DNA of 64,000 bases from an uncultured cyanobacterium (GCA_963793425.1 CAWCAG010000005.1:448001-512000), one strand, 5' to 3'. Counted from the first letter of the stretch, positions 20,586-32,700 are shown. Program-made: numbers and translations. The notes: generated by a model from the letters alone, not told the origin.

Positions 20586-22310
20586 TCAATTATCAATTAA
20601 TAAACGCTTATCTTGACGAATCAAAGAACTTAACTCTTGGGCTGGTACAGGGCGGCTAAAGAAATAACCTTGTATTTCATCACATTTATGCTCGCGAAGA
20701 AAATCTAACTCTTCTTGAGTTTCTACCCCTTCAGCAATCACCTTTAAGTTAAGAGTATGGGCCATATTGATAATTGCTTGAGTGATAGCAATATCTTTAT
20801 CATCAAGGTTAATATTGCGTACAAAACAGCGATCAATTTTTAAGTTATTGAAGGGAAACTGTTTTAAATAACCTAAAGAAGAATATCCTGTCCCAAAATC
20901 ATCAATGGAAATAGTAATACCTAACTTTCGTAATTCTCGTAAAGTAATAATAGCGTTATCAATATCCTGCATCAACAAACTTTCAGTAATCTCTAATTCC
21001 AAAGATTCTGGTTCAACACCTGTTTCTTGAAATATTTTTGCCATCTTCTGTTGCAAATCATCTTGAGAAAACTGGCGTGCAGAAAAGTTAATTGCAACAC
21101 GAAAACCTTCTACTTCTTTAGTCCAGTTTTGTAGTTGCTGACAAGCTGTTTTTAAAACCCATTCTCCAATAGGAATAATCCAACCAGTTTCTTCTGCAAT
21201 GGGGATAAATTCTACTGGAGAAATTGAACCTAATTCAGAATGATGCCAACGTAATAAAGCTTCTGCCCCAACAATCTTTCCTGTTTTTAGCTCTACTTGA
21301 GGTTGGTAGTGAATCTCAAATTCAGAATTTTCTAAGGCGGTATAAAGGCTCCCCTCTAGCTGTAATTGCCTTTGGGAACGGGTGTTTATTTCTGAGGTAT
21401 AAACTTGACAAAGATTACCTCCTTCCCTCTGAGCTTGCCACATAGCTGCCCTAGCATTTTTGATTAAACTATCAATATCCTCCTCGTCTTCTGGATAGAA
21501 GCTCATACCAATACTAGCAGTAACAAAAACTTGTTTGCTATCTAAAATAAAAGGATTAGCTAGAGCATTTAAAATAGCCTTAGCTCTCACTTCAGCTTCA
21601 GACTTATCATCAATAAGAGTGAAAATAACGGCAAAATCGCTGGTACTTAACTTTGCCACTATATCGCCTTCGCCAACATAAGAAAGCAGCCGCTTTGCGA
21701 TCGCCTTAATTAAAGAGTCACCATAAACTTTCCCCCAACCTGTATTAAGATGAGCAGTACGATCTAAATCAATAGTTAGTACAGAAATAATCTGTTCACT
21801 TTTGCTTGCTAATTGCTTAACTTGGTTGAATTGCTCTCGTAATAAAAGTTGATTCGGTAATTCTGTCAAACTATCGTAGTAAGCTAACTTCTTAAGTTGC
21901 GCTTCTACTTCTTTGAGACGAAGATTAATAGCTTGGCGCTTGCTCAACTTTTCTAATTGAACATTAACCGCAGCTAGTAATTCAGCCCTGGTAAAAGGTT
22001 TAGTTAAATAATCTTCTGCCCCCAACTCCATACCTTGTCGCATATCCATTTTGCTAACTTTGGCAGTTAGAAAAATAAAAGGAATATCAGCACTAACAGG
22101 ATTGTCTCTTAAGGTCATCAGTACCCCATAACCATCCATCTCAGGCATCATAATATCGCAAATAATTAAGTCTGGCTGATGATCTAGAGCTGCTTGAACC
22201 CCCAGACAACCATCTTCAGCATCAACAACCTCAAAACCTTCTGCCATGAGAATTTCACCCATGATCTCGCGGATATCTTCTTGGTCTTCTATTACAAGAA
22301 TTTTGGTCAT
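20586..22310 (-). CDS. REC, degenerate GGDEF, EAL protein (probable c-di-GMP phosphodiesterase)
   Basis: YDSLTELPN; GGDEF site reads STSDF; EALLRW, DDFGTGYSS, EGVE intact. Confidence 0.9.
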   Translation of the reverse strand: MTKILVIEDQEDIREIMGEILMAEGFEVVDAEDGCLGVQAALDHQPDLIICDIMMPEMDGYGVLMTLRDNPVSADIPFIFLTAKVSKMDMRQGMELGAEDYLTKPFTRAELLAAVNVQLEKLSKRQAINLRLKEVEAQLKKLAYYDSLTELPNQLLLREQFNQVKQLASKSEQIISVLTIDLDRTAHLNTGWGKVYGDSLIKAIAKRLLSYVGEGDIVAKLSTSDFAVIFTLIDDKSEAEVRAKAILNALANPFILDSKQVFVTASIGMSFYPEDEEDIDSLIKNARAAMWQAQREGGNLCQVYTSEINTRSQRQLQLEGSLYTALENSEFEIHYQPQVELKTGKIVGAEALLRWHHSELGSISPVEFIPIAEETGWIIPIGEWVLKTACQQLQNWTKEVEGFRVAINFSARQFSQDDLQQKMAKIFQETGVEPESLELEITESLLMQDIDNAIITLRELRKLGITISIDDFGTGYSSLGYLKQFPFNNLKIDRCFVRNINLDDKDIAITQAIINMAHTLNLKVIAEGVETQEELDFLREHKCDEIQGYFFSRPVPAQELSSLIRQDKRLLIDN

Positions 22311-22395
22311 ATCTCTAAATTATTTCGGTCAATATTCAATGAACGACAGCTTAAGATAACTAGTATCAGTAATTATTTAGGCAAGATAATAGTAG

Positions 22396-23526
22396 CTAGA
22401 GATCAACTCTTTTCTTAACATTTGGCTCTGGTTTTGTTGGTAAGGTGATTTGTACATTAGTTTCTCGGTTTGGTACGCTTTCGATAATTAATTTTCCCTG
22501 ATTTAATTCCGTAAGACGCTTTGCTAGAATCAACCCTAAACCCGACCCTTGTTGCTCATGAATTTTACGTTCAAATTGCATATAAGCTCCTAGCTTAGCA
22601 ATTTGCTCAGAGGTCATACCAATCCCTGAGTTACGAATAGAAATTTTCACGGTTTCTTGTTGAGAACTAGTTTGGACAGATACAGAAGTTCCAGGACTAG
22701 AAAACTTAAAAGCATTATCCAAAACTTCTTCAATTATTTTTGTTAGTTGTCCCTCAGAAATATTAACAGTAAAAGGCTCTAACTCTAAAATTAAATCAGT
22801 TTTTCTTTCCTCCTTGCCAGCTTGCTCAAGGCAAAGTTGAGCGATCATTTTTTCTGTGTAAGCAACTATTTCTTCTTTTCTGATCAGTTGCCCTTGAGAT
22901 TGAGGATCTTTTTCTAACAACTCTAACTCAGCATAAAGAAGAAAATTTTGCGTTGTTCGGTATAATCTCTCACCAGAACTATGGATGTACTTAAGCATTT
23001 GTAAAGAATCATCCCTAGAGGTAATGTCATAGTCTTCAATGAGAATTTGCGAAAAGCCAAGAATACCATTAAGAGGGGTATGGAGTTCGTGGGGGAGAGA
23101 ACGGATCAGGTTTCCCCTTAACTCATCAAGTTCTTGTTGGGATTGTTTTTTAATCTCTTTTTGCTTTTTTTGCCTCGCGGTAATTGCCCCCAGCAACTCT
23201 TCTCTACTGAAGGGTTTGCTAAGATAATCATCTGCTCCTAATTGCATTCCTTGACGGAGATCAGATTTAGAAGCTTTAGCTGTGAGAAAAATAAAAGGTA
23301 CTGTATTGGTGCTAGGATTTTTGCGAAGTTCTTGCAAAACGCCATAACCATCTAACTTGGGCATCATAATGTCGCAAATGATCAAATCGGGGACTTCTGT
23401 TCGTGCTAAGTTAACACCAACCTCCCCATTTTCAGCATCAATAACCTCAAAATCTTCTGCCATTAAGATTTCACAGACAATTTCGCGGATGTCTTCTTGG
23501 TCTTCAATTACGAGAATTTTAGTCAT
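22396..23526 (-). CDS. REC-histidine kinase
   Basis: REC then PHELHTPL, DNAFKFS, GSGLGL. Confidence 0.9.
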   Translation of the reverse strand: MTKILVIEDQEDIREIVCEILMAEDFEVIDAENGEVGVNLARTEVPDLIICDIMMPKLDGYGVLQELRKNPSTNTVPFIFLTAKASKSDLRQGMQLGADDYLSKPFSREELLGAITARQKKQKEIKKQSQQELDELRGNLIRSLPHELHTPLNGILGFSQILIEDYDITSRDDSLQMLKYIHSSGERLYRTTQNFLLYAELELLEKDPQSQGQLIRKEEIVAYTEKMIAQLCLEQAGKEERKTDLILELEPFTVNISEGQLTKIIEEVLDNAFKFSSPGTSVSVQTSSQQETVKISIRNSGIGMTSEQIAKLGAYMQFERKIHEQQGSGLGLILAKRLTELNQGKLIIESVPNRETNVQITLPTKPEPNVKKRVDL

Positions 23527-23663
23527 GAAGTCTATTTAGGAAATTAGGTAATAGGGAATAGGCAATAGAGTCAAGAAATACAGGGTTTTAGGAATGATTG
23601 GAATTGCTATAGTTACTATTTTAATCTTGCTTCTGGATAAGTCCAATTGTAGGTAAAAATCAG

Positions 23664-25439
23664 TTATTGATTTAAGCTTTTAATAACACAGCCAAGGGTT
23701 GTTAATAGAGTAATTACTCTCCCTACTAAATACATTAAGGTTCCTCTATAAAAAATTTTTACTTGGTGTTTTCCTGGAGGAATAGAAACTTCTAATTGTC
23801 CGGAAGAACTTGCTTTTGTCGGTACTTTTTCCCCATCTATTTTTATCTGCCAACCAGGATAGTAGAAAGTTCGCAACCTTACTTGGCGAGGGGCAGAAGT
23901 TAAATTATTAGCTTCAAACTGACGCATACCATAGTCCCAGTTTTTGATAGTTAGGTTAGTTTCTGTGCCGTCTTTCCAGGCTAGTAAGGGATAAAATTGC
24001 TGGGGAGGCATAGCTAAAGTGGCTTCTTTTGCCCGGTATTCTGGTACATCCACTAAAGCTAAACCATCGCTGAAAACATAGTGCCAATCCATCAGTCTTG
24101 TACCTAAACCTTGATGAGGTTCACCAGGAAATTTCTTCGCTGCGGCTAAGCTAGCAAAATGAGCGATCGCCTCTGGTTGATAATCTGCTCTTTGGGTTAC
24201 TTTTACTCCTTGTAAGATCGTGATTATAACCAAACTCCAGGTAGCAACACTTAATCCCCAGGTAGATAGGAGAGAGAAGGAGACTGGGAGACTGAGAGGC
24301 TGGGTAAGGGTAATAGCATCTGAAAGTTTTGCCCCTGCTTGATGGAGTAGATAGCCTAAAAGTAAAGGGATTGTGACGGTGGCTAGACTCAACCAACGCC
24401 AAGAAAACTGAATCTGTTGTAAGGGGACTAACAATTGATATACCCAAGCCAAGATACTAGTAGTCATCAAAAGAGCAAACAGACTGATGAATAGCCAAAA
24501 TGCGACTATATTTTCAGTATTCCTATTTCTTGGGCAAAATTGAACAACTAGCCCCAAACTTACTACTGCCAACATACTTAACCAAGGGACGATGAGTTGT
24601 TGATCAAACCAATGATCACTAAACTTAATTGCCCAATTCCTAGATATTTCTAAGAGTAGGCGATGTTGAGGAAGATATTCGGTGAAAGTGTTGAAGGTAT
24701 CAATTTGAATAAATCTGCGATCGCCAATTACCGGTAATAAATAAAAAGCAGTCCAGCTACAGGCTAAAATAAATCCTCCGTAGCAGCCTTTTACCCCCTG
24801 CCAACTACCAAAAAACCAAGGCAAAAATAGCCACACACAAGTAAATATTAATAAAGTAGGTAAGTGGGAAAGAATTAGTAAACCGTAGATAAAGGCTAGA
24901 AGTAAAATATTTTGAGAATTTTTGGGTTGTTTCACTAGTCTTTGAGAAGCCCATAAAATCCAAGGTAAAGTAGTAATGCCCCAGACTTCAGCAATTGCCC
25001 CCCGCTCGTAAATATCCACCATAAAATAGGGGCTTAACATTCCTACCCCAGCCACAGTTGCAGCAATGCTAAGGGGATAAAAATAACGGGCATAGGTATA
25101 AAGCCCCCAACCCAGAAAACCAATAGCTAAAGCCATGCTACCAATTAAAGAGCCTGCTAAGCCTAACCCTAAAAAACGGAAAGGAAGGGTTGCCACCATG
25201 CAAATGGGGGGATAAAAAGCAAAGGTGGCATTACCAAAACCAAAGTTAGAATATTCTAACCAACGGGGGTAAAACTGACCACCGAAGAATTGCTTTTGGT
25301 ATTGAAATGCCCAACTAAGATTAAAATGGGTGGAATGATTGAGAGGATAATTGCCCTCCAACATAGGCGCGATCGCAACTAAGCTAAGCAGAATTAATAG
25401 AAAAGCAAGCAGTTTTCGCTCAGTCTTCACCATTAGCAA
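23664..25439 (-). CDS. Integral membrane protein, PTPS-related/YfhO-like (GT-C-type)
   Basis: YPRWL..SNFGFG, FYPP, YERGAIAE, QFSWRW, C-terminal FYYPGW..G.H.V. Confidence 0.7.
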   Translation of the reverse strand: MLMVKTERKLLAFLLILLSLVAIAPMLEGNYPLNHSTHFNLSWAFQYQKQFFGGQFYPRWLEYSNFGFGNATFAFYPPICMVATLPFRFLGLGLAGSLIGSMALAIGFLGWGLYTYARYFYPLSIAATVAGVGMLSPYFMVDIYERGAIAEVWGITTLPWILWASQRLVKQPKNSQNILLLAFIYGLLILSHLPTLLIFTCVWLFLPWFFGSWQGVKGCYGGFILACSWTAFYLLPVIGDRRFIQIDTFNTFTEYLPQHRLLLEISRNWAIKFSDHWFDQQLIVPWLSMLAVVSLGLVVQFCPRNRNTENIVAFWLFISLFALLMTTSILAWVYQLLVPLQQIQFSWRWLSLATVTIPLLLGYLLHQAGAKLSDAITLTQPLSLPVSFSLLSTWGLSVATWSLVIITILQGVKVTQRADYQPEAIAHFASLAAAKKFPGEPHQGLGTRLMDWHYVFSDGLALVDVPEYRAKEATLAMPPQQFYPLLAWKDGTETNLTIKNWDYGMRQFEANNLTSAPRQVRLRTFYYPGWQIKIDGEKVPTKASSSGQLEVSIPPGKHQVKIFYRGTLMYLVGRVITLLTTLGCVIKSLNQ

Positions 25440-25453
25440 TTAGCAGTTAACAA

Positions 25454-26059
25454 TTAGCTATTAACACCATCATCTTCTTTCTTGACAGAAAAATTCACTC
25501 TTTCATAAATTTCAGCAAAACTAATTTGAAAATCTACCGCAGCCAATTTCAAAACTTGATCCTCATCTTCATGTTCTGTTAAAGTCCACTGACCTTGAGT
25601 ATTTTTGTTAAACTGCTCAACATAGAACTTATACTGGTCAATTAAAATATACTCTTGCAAACTGGGTAGAGAACGATAAACAAGAAACTTGTCTCCCCTG
25701 TCATAACTTCCTGTTGACTTAGATAATACTTCGACGATAATCAACGGGTTAGTAACAATATCTGTCCTTTGACCTTCGTAAATTGGTTCACCCTGAACAA
25801 TCATTACATCAGGATAGGTGTAGCGACGGTAACGTGATACCCCCAGCCGTACATCTCCCATATAGATTTCATAGTCTTGTTGCCTGAAAGCGAACCGAAA
25901 ATTAGCGTAAAAATTACCAGCAATTTTGTTGTGGTTAGTTGTCCCGCCTGCCAAGGGAATTATTTCTCCATCACGATATTCGCTTTTTTGTTCAGCTACT
26001 GCTTCTAAATCCAGATATTCTTGGGGAGTATAGTAACCTTGTTGTTGTTTAACTGGCAT
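25454..26059 (-). CDS. Uma2-family (DUF820) endonuclease-fold protein
   Basis: EYRDGEI, YPDV, IVEVLSKST, DRGDKF. Confidence 0.9.
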   Translation of the reverse strand: MPVKQQQGYYTPQEYLDLEAVAEQKSEYRDGEIIPLAGGTTNHNKIAGNFYANFRFAFRQQDYEIYMGDVRLGVSRYRRYTYPDVMIVQGEPIYEGQRTDIVTNPLIIVEVLSKSTGSYDRGDKFLVYRSLPSLQEYILIDQYKFYVEQFNKNTQGQWTLTEHEDEDQVLKLAAVDFQISFAEIYERVNFSVKKEDDGVNS

Positions 26060-26156
26060 TTTTTTACTTAATGCTTTAAAAACAAACTATCAAAAATAAA
26101 TGATAAATGTTTGATGTAGCCTACGGCAACGCTCACGCGAATAATGATAAATGATA

Positions 26157-28034
26157 TTAGCTAAGGCCCCTGCGGTCATAATCATGTAACATCTCATCAA
26201 GATAGGAATCTAACTCACCGTTACAATTTCTTGCTTGGGGCATAATCTTTTTCTTCTTCACAGCAAACAAATTGGAGAATTTCGCAAAGAAACGACTAGC
26301 AAACTTTTGAGGACGGGGTTTTTGAGGTGCTTTGGTGACAATTCCTTCCCCGCCCAAATTAACTGCTGTTAACCAAGCATCCAAAGTATTGGGTAACTTG
26401 GTTGTCATACGCATCTTAATAGTAGGAGAAGAGTAAGATTGGACGTAGGCTGGTTCTAAGAAGGCTTGATAAGTTGAGGCTTCTGATGTCTCCTGATTAA
26501 GGAAAGCTAAACTCATACCTCGCAAAAGCTGGCGTACTGGTTCAGCTTCTTCTCCCATAACTTCCTTAACTAAGGTGCTTTGTCCCATCTCACTATTGAG
26601 GTTACGCAGATCATTAACACTCATATGGGTTGCACCTACGGCAACGAGAAGATATTTTTCACCGGGGAGTTTTTTAAAAGGACGCAATTGATGATCAACC
26701 GAAGGGGTAATCCCATCTTCTGTACCTGTGAGTATCATGAATGGTTGATTGATTTTCTCTAAGCCTTTTTCCCCAAAAAGCTGTCCGACTAAAGGATTTA
26801 AAGCAATACCTCGTACAATCCTCTCATCTTTCAAAGAAAGGGTATCTTTTCCGACAATTTCTGCTAAATTAGCAGCAGCACATTGTAACCAATCAGCCGG
26901 AGATCTCCCCAAGGGAGTACGGTTAGCACAAAAAGATTCTAAGCCCTTAAGATCAAGTTCTCCACCAGCAAGGGCTAAGGCTGTATACCCTCCCAATGAA
27001 TGACCGATGATAGCAACTTCTTCGGTATTAATTTTCTCCGCAGCGTAGGCATTATCCTTAACCATTTCTTCTAGTTCATCAAGGAGAAAGGTAATATCTT
27101 GGGGACGTTCAATAAATTCTGAGGCGGGTAATAATTTATCTCCCCCTAGCCCTAAAGAAATTTCAGCAATAGATTCAATATCACTACCGGGATGATCTAA
27201 AGAAACTACTGTAAATCCGTGGGAAGCTAAGTGTTTGGCTAAGTAATCTAAGAAAAAACGATTAGAAGCGAAGCCATGGGACATAACCACCAAGGGGCCA
27301 CGACTTTCTTCTTCACTGTAATAAATCTCTGCTGTGATAGCCCGTTTTCTTTCCTCATCTTCAAGAATCAGGTTAGTTTGGCTGACTTGATCAGAACCCA
27401 CTACTTGGGGCTTAATGTTTTTAGGTAGGGAAGCTAAAACTTGTTGTTGGTTGTCTACTTTTAATTCCTTTTCTAACAAAGGAGCAAGCATTTGGCTTTG
27501 TAAATTAGCGGTGTTAAATTGTAAAGCAATGCTCGCAGCCGCCGTAGCATCAACGACTAATTCCTCTTCTGGGTAAGCTTGTAAAAAGCTAATGGCACTG
27601 ATACCATTAGCTTGGCGCAGAGCCAGGTAAATACCTGCTTTTAACTGTTCAATGCTACTTTCTGGTAAAGCAGTTTTGAGTTGAGAAAGTAAGCGATCGC
27701 CATCAGCAGAACTAAGCAATTCCTCAATAAATTTATCTGCGACGCTAGGATCTACTTGCAACTGCCGCGAGAGCAATTCTCCTATTTGTGGGGTTAATAC
27801 AGGAGAGTAAACTCTCAAGCTAGGAGGAATTTTTCCAGTGTTAGCAAATTCTTCTAAGTCCTTAACCGCTACAGAACGTTCAAAAGGTCCCAGACGCAAA
27901 ATTAGACGTTCAGCGGCTGCGGCAGGGGAAATAGCGCAAGTAAGGGCAATTAAAAAGGTGCTAGCACTTCCTATGAGTTTGACTATTGGCAGGGAAAAAA
28001 GGCGATTAGGAGTTTGATTCTGCTGAGACTTCAT
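26157..28034 (-). CDS. DUF1400 alpha/beta hydrolase (secreted)
   Basis: AAERL after signal peptide, SHG, DHPGS, GHSLGG nucleophile elbow. Confidence 0.85.
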   Translation of the reverse strand: MKSQQNQTPNRLFSLPIVKLIGSASTFLIALTCAISPAAAAERLILRLGPFERSVAVKDLEEFANTGKIPPSLRVYSPVLTPQIGELLSRQLQVDPSVADKFIEELLSSADGDRLLSQLKTALPESSIEQLKAGIYLALRQANGISAISFLQAYPEEELVVDATAAASIALQFNTANLQSQMLAPLLEKELKVDNQQQVLASLPKNIKPQVVGSDQVSQTNLILEDEERKRAITAEIYYSEEESRGPLVVMSHGFASNRFFLDYLAKHLASHGFTVVSLDHPGSDIESIAEISLGLGGDKLLPASEFIERPQDITFLLDELEEMVKDNAYAAEKINTEEVAIIGHSLGGYTALALAGGELDLKGLESFCANRTPLGRSPADWLQCAAANLAEIVGKDTLSLKDERIVRGIALNPLVGQLFGEKGLEKINQPFMILTGTEDGITPSVDHQLRPFKKLPGEKYLLVAVGATHMSVNDLRNLNSEMGQSTLVKEVMGEEAEPVRQLLRGMSLAFLNQETSEASTYQAFLEPAYVQSYSSPTIKMRMTTKLPNTLDAWLTAVNLGGEGIVTKAPQKPRPQKFASRFFAKFSNLFAVKKKKIMPQARNCNGELDSYLDEMLHDYDRRGLS

Positions 28035-28208
28035 AGAAGCTAGTTCAACCGCAATTTCTAGTTAAGTTAACAGTTTAGGCGATTCCCAAAAGAATTGCCT
28101 ATGTCAGCGATGATCTTCAACTATAATGAAGAATCATAGCCACTTTCTGTTCCCGAATATCAATGATCAGTAATCAGTTTAGGGCCTGTTGTTGTAAATA
28201 TTGTTTAA

Positions 28209-28529
28209 TTAGAGTTTTTCTTCTAGTTTTTTGATTGCCTGCATTAGAGGAGTTTGATTGAGGTGATAATCGCTACAATCAATCGCCTGTTCGGTGTTAG
28301 CAATGTTGGGCTTTATTGTACATTTGAGACGATAATCGTTAGTGAAAAACTGACAGTTGCTACAAGGGACTTGGTGCATTTCTTTGGCTCTGGTTATGGT
28401 ATCCCGCACAGCACTGAAAAGACTCCAGGCTAAGATGAGGAGAAAAAGCCAAACGAAGAGGAAGCCAATCGGTTTGAAAAATGGCCCCAAGGTATGAACG
28501 AGATAGTAGAGTATTTGAAACATCAGCAA
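28209..28529 (-). CDS. Conserved cyanobacterial small membrane protein with Cys cluster
   Basis: TM helix then HQVPCSNCQFFTNDYRLKC..AIDCSDY. Confidence 0.7.
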   Translation of the reverse strand: MLMFQILYYLVHTLGPFFKPIGFLFVWLFLLILAWSLFSAVRDTITRAKEMHQVPCSNCQFFTNDYRLKCTIKPNIANTEQAIDCSDYHLNQTPLMQAIKKLEEKL

Positions 28530-28571
28530 CAGATGAGTAAAAGGGTGTGAGGAAGCAGTTCAGCAATTAAA

Positions 28572-29456
28572 CTACTTGACTTGAAGCAATTGTACAATCT
28601 GAGATACCTGTTGTTGGTTAAAAGCTTTGAGCAATGTTTGAGCGGCAGCTTTGGGTTCTACTGGTATAAGAATTTGGGGCTTTTTAGCTTTGGCAAGCTG
28701 CTGTAAGCTTTGGCTAGTGGTAATTTGGTCTGATTTTTCCAATTGCAATAAATCGCTGCCTTGCTTGAGTTCTTTGATGATAGCTGGGGCGAGGGTACGG
28801 TAGGAATGTTTAGGGTTTGCGATCGCCGCTTTAGCTATTTTGAGCAAAGTTTGCCAGTTTGGGGCTTGAGGTGCTAGTTTCCCTAGTTGAGTGCATATTT
28901 GTTGCAGTTTTTGGCGGCTTTGGGGTGTAGCTTTTTGTTTAAACAGTTCCAGCATTTCCAGCAACAAGGGTTTTGCTTGAGAAGCTATATTTGGTGAAGA
29001 GGGGGAAGAAGCCGCTGCTTGTTCCGGTACACCGCCTTTAACTAAAACATCTAAATGAGCTTGTAATTCGTTGAAGGTAGGTTGGGCTTCTTGCAAGATT
29101 TGTTCTGCTTCATCATCTGGTAAACCAAAAGGTCTTTGCAAGCGATCAATTAAATCTTGTAAAGTATCGTAACCTTTAAAGAATAGCCCTTCTAATTTGC
29201 GGTCTACATTAATGTCGTGTTCTTTAAGAATTTTGAAAGCATCTTCTAATTTATGGGCTGTTTTTTGTACGCTAGTGAAGCCCAGCATGGCAGCCCCCCC
29301 TTTCACGGAATGGGCAGCACGAAATAATTCATTAATTCTTTCCGGCTCTCCTATAACCGAAGAAAGATCCGACATTGCTTGTTCAATGGTTTCTAGATGC
29401 TCTTTGGCTTCTTCAATGAAGTAGCCGACAATTTTCTGATGACTTCCCGCGTCCAC
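28572..29456 (-). CDS. Hpt (CheA-P1-like) domain protein
   Basis: YFIEEAKEHL, FRAAHSVKGGAAMLG; GTG start. Confidence 0.88.
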   Translation of the reverse strand: MDAGSHQKIVGYFIEEAKEHLETIEQAMSDLSSVIGEPERINELFRAAHSVKGGAAMLGFTSVQKTAHKLEDAFKILKEHDINVDRKLEGLFFKGYDTLQDLIDRLQRPFGLPDDEAEQILQEAQPTFNELQAHLDVLVKGGVPEQAAASSPSSPNIASQAKPLLLEMLELFKQKATPQSRQKLQQICTQLGKLAPQAPNWQTLLKIAKAAIANPKHSYRTLAPAIIKELKQGSDLLQLEKSDQITTSQSLQQLAKAKKPQILIPVEPKAAAQTLLKAFNQQQVSQIVQLLQVK

Positions 29457-29720
29457 AGCAACTCTCCCTAAATTAATTTAATGCTTAGTTAATTTGCTTA
29501 AGGTCTTATTCTAGTCTGCGTAGCAAATCATTACTTTCTTGCTGAAGGCGGATTTTCTCTTTGAGTAGCTCGTTGTTTTCTTTAACTATCAGTTTAGATT
29601 TCATAACTAACAATAGTTGTTTTGGAAATAGCCTTGACAAGAATTGTACAACTTTTCGTGGCTTGGGTTAGATGATAAATAACAAATGATATAATGGCTA
29701 ATTACTAATAACTTCAAGCC

Positions 29721-32700
29721 ATGTTGATTGAGACACTTTTGGGTACTGCTGGTGGGGCTTTGGTTGAGTCTTGTACAGGAGAGATTTTTAAGAAGTTAGT
29801 TACGGACAAGGTTGATAGTCGTTTAAACAAAACTGATTTAACTAAGGCTTTGGAAGCTGGCATCAAGGCGGTTGATAGTTGGCAAAAAGAACAACCAGTA
29901 CAAGAGCATTTATTTTATCGTGTTGAAGAAAATCCTAGTAAGAAGTTATTACAGAATTTCTTTCACCATATATTAGTAGTGCAGGAGTTGAGTAAACCCC
30001 TAGCTAATCAAGAAGTGTCTCAGTTAGATTGCTTAGTGGCAGCTTTTCAGGAAGTAGTTACAAGTAAACCTAATTTAAAAGTTAATACAGCAGCAATTGA
30101 ACCTTGGTTAAAGGTATTTCTTGATGGTTATACAAAGCATACCGGGACTTTAATTCGTTTCAAGGTGGCTAGGGAAAGTTATTTAGAAGCGTTGAACCGT
30201 CGCTGTGAAGAAATTAAGTTTATTGGTATTTTGGGTGAAAACTTAGAAAAAGAAAAGTCGGCGAATTTACAGCAGATTTTTGTGATGCCGGAGGTACAAG
30301 AGTCTCGGCAAAGTATTAATCCGGTTAGAGAGCTTACACTTTTGGAGAAGGGAAAGCCCCAAGAATTGCTATCAACTTGGGAAGGAGGTAGGAAATTTCC
30401 GGCGGAACGATTGTTAGATCAAACCGATGGGAAGAAGGTGGTTTTGTTGGGCGCTCCTGGGGTAGGAAAGAGTACTCTTTTGAGGTATTTTACTTTGATA
30501 CTATCCCAGGAAGAAACAGCTAATTTAAGTTTAGATATTCAAGGAGAATGGTTACCCATCTTAATTACCATTCGCGATTATGAACGTTATCAACCCGAAG
30601 GCATTCTCAGCTTCATTCAAGATTATGCTGCTAAAAACTTTTCCTTAACTCAATTGCCCCCAGGCTTCTTTGAATATTACCTGGAACAAGGAAAAGCGCT
30701 CATTTTCATTGATGGTTTAGACGAGGCAGTTAATGAAGCGAAACGCTTTGAAATTGTCGAACAAATTGATAGCTTCTTAAGCAGATTCCACCACAACAGA
30801 GCAATCATCACTTCCCGCCCCGCAGGATATAAACAAGCATTTTTCCGAACAGAAGAGTATCCTCACTACAGCTTAGAAAAGTTTGATGCCAAGCGGGTTA
30901 ACCTTTTTATTGAAAATTGGTATAACAGTCGTACCAATGATCCAGAAGAAGCGCAAAGATGCCAAGCCAGTTTACAAAAAGCTTTGTCCGGAAGGCCAAG
31001 AATCAAAAACTTAGCCAGAAACCCTCTCCTCTTAACCATCATCACCTTAATTCATCGCTACGAAGCCTATTTACCCCGCAAACGCCATAAACTTTATGAA
31101 CGGGCGGTAGAAACTTTATTAATTAATTGGGAAAGAGGCAAAGGTTTTGAGGATGAGGATTGGCAATTAGAATATTTGCATCGCGATGATCTTAACAGGT
31201 TGATGGAACGCCTCGCTTATTGGATACATACCCAAGGAAGCAACGCCGCAACAGAAGGAGGAACTTTAATTGCTAAAACAGAATTGCAGCAACAGCTAAG
31301 TTTGTATATCGCCGAAGAGACCGACATCAAACCTCACAAAGCAGTCGCCGAAGCAAAAAGGTTTATTAATTTAATCCGCGATCGCGTCGGCTTATTCAAC
31401 GAACAAGGACAAGATTACTACGCCTTCGTCCACAAAACCTTCCAAGAATATCTTACCGCCCAAGATATCAAATATCGCCAGCTTGTAGAAGGTTCTGAAG
31501 TCGTATTTACCCATATTCACAACCACTTACACAATCCCCATTGGGAAGAGGTCTTGTTAGTATTAATCTCCCAACAACCCCGCCAGTTAGTAACTCCAAT
31601 CTTGCAAAAGATTTTACAACAAGACACTCCCTACGAACAATGGTTACATCGTAATTTATTCTTTGCAGGAGAGTGTTTAGCAGAAGATTTACCCGTTGCG
31701 GCTGGGTTGGTAGAAGAGATTTTGCAGAGGTTGGTTGAATTGGAGGTTGCGGAGGAAGACAAAGTTGGTAGGAAAATTAAACAGCAAGTGTTAAAAACTT
31801 TTTGTAGTCTTTATGATACAAAGTTTGAGTCGCAAGCTTTGGCATTGCTAAAAGGGGAAAATATTGAAGAGTGGCGTTTGCAGAAATACAAGGTAGCTTT
31901 AGGGGAGAAGGAAGTTGTTATTGTTGAGTTGCTTAACGTTTTACGGCATAAAGACTCAAAGGTAAGAAGCTATGCAGCATTTGCTTTGGGTGAATTAGGT
32001 AAAGGAAATCAGCAAGTTTTAGATGCCTTGCTTAACGCTCTACAGGATGAAGACTCAAGACTGAGAAGGTATGCAGCACTTACTTTGGGTAGATTAGAAG
32101 AGGGAAATCAGCAAGTTTTAGATGCCCTTCTTAATGCTTTACATGATGAAAACTCAGAGGTGAGAAAGAATGCAACTTCTGCTTTGGGTGAATCAGGTAA
32201 GGGCAATCAGGAAGTTATAGATGCCTTACTCAACGCTTTACGGGATGAAGACTTCGGTGTTAGAGGGTACGCAGCATCTGCTTTGAGTGAATTAGGAGAG
32301 AGGAAATCAGCAAGTTTTAGATACTTTGCTTAACGCTTTACAGGATCAAGACTCAAGACTGAGAATGATTGCAGTATCTGCTTTGGGTAAATTAGAAGAG
32401 GGAAATCAGCAAGTTTTAGATGTCTTGCTTAACACTTTACAAGATGAAGACTCCGGTATGAGAGGGAATGCAGCATATGCTTTGTGCAATTTAGGAGAAG
32501 GAAATCAGCAAGTTTTAGATGCCTTGCTTAACACTTTACAAGATGAAGAGTTAGATGTGAGAATGTTGGCAGCATATACTTTGAGTGAATTAGGAGAGGG
32601 GAATCAACAAGTTTTAGATGCCTTGCTTAACACTTTACAAGATGAAGAGCTAGATGTGAGAATATTCGCAGCATTTGCTTTGGGTGAATTAGAAAAGGGA

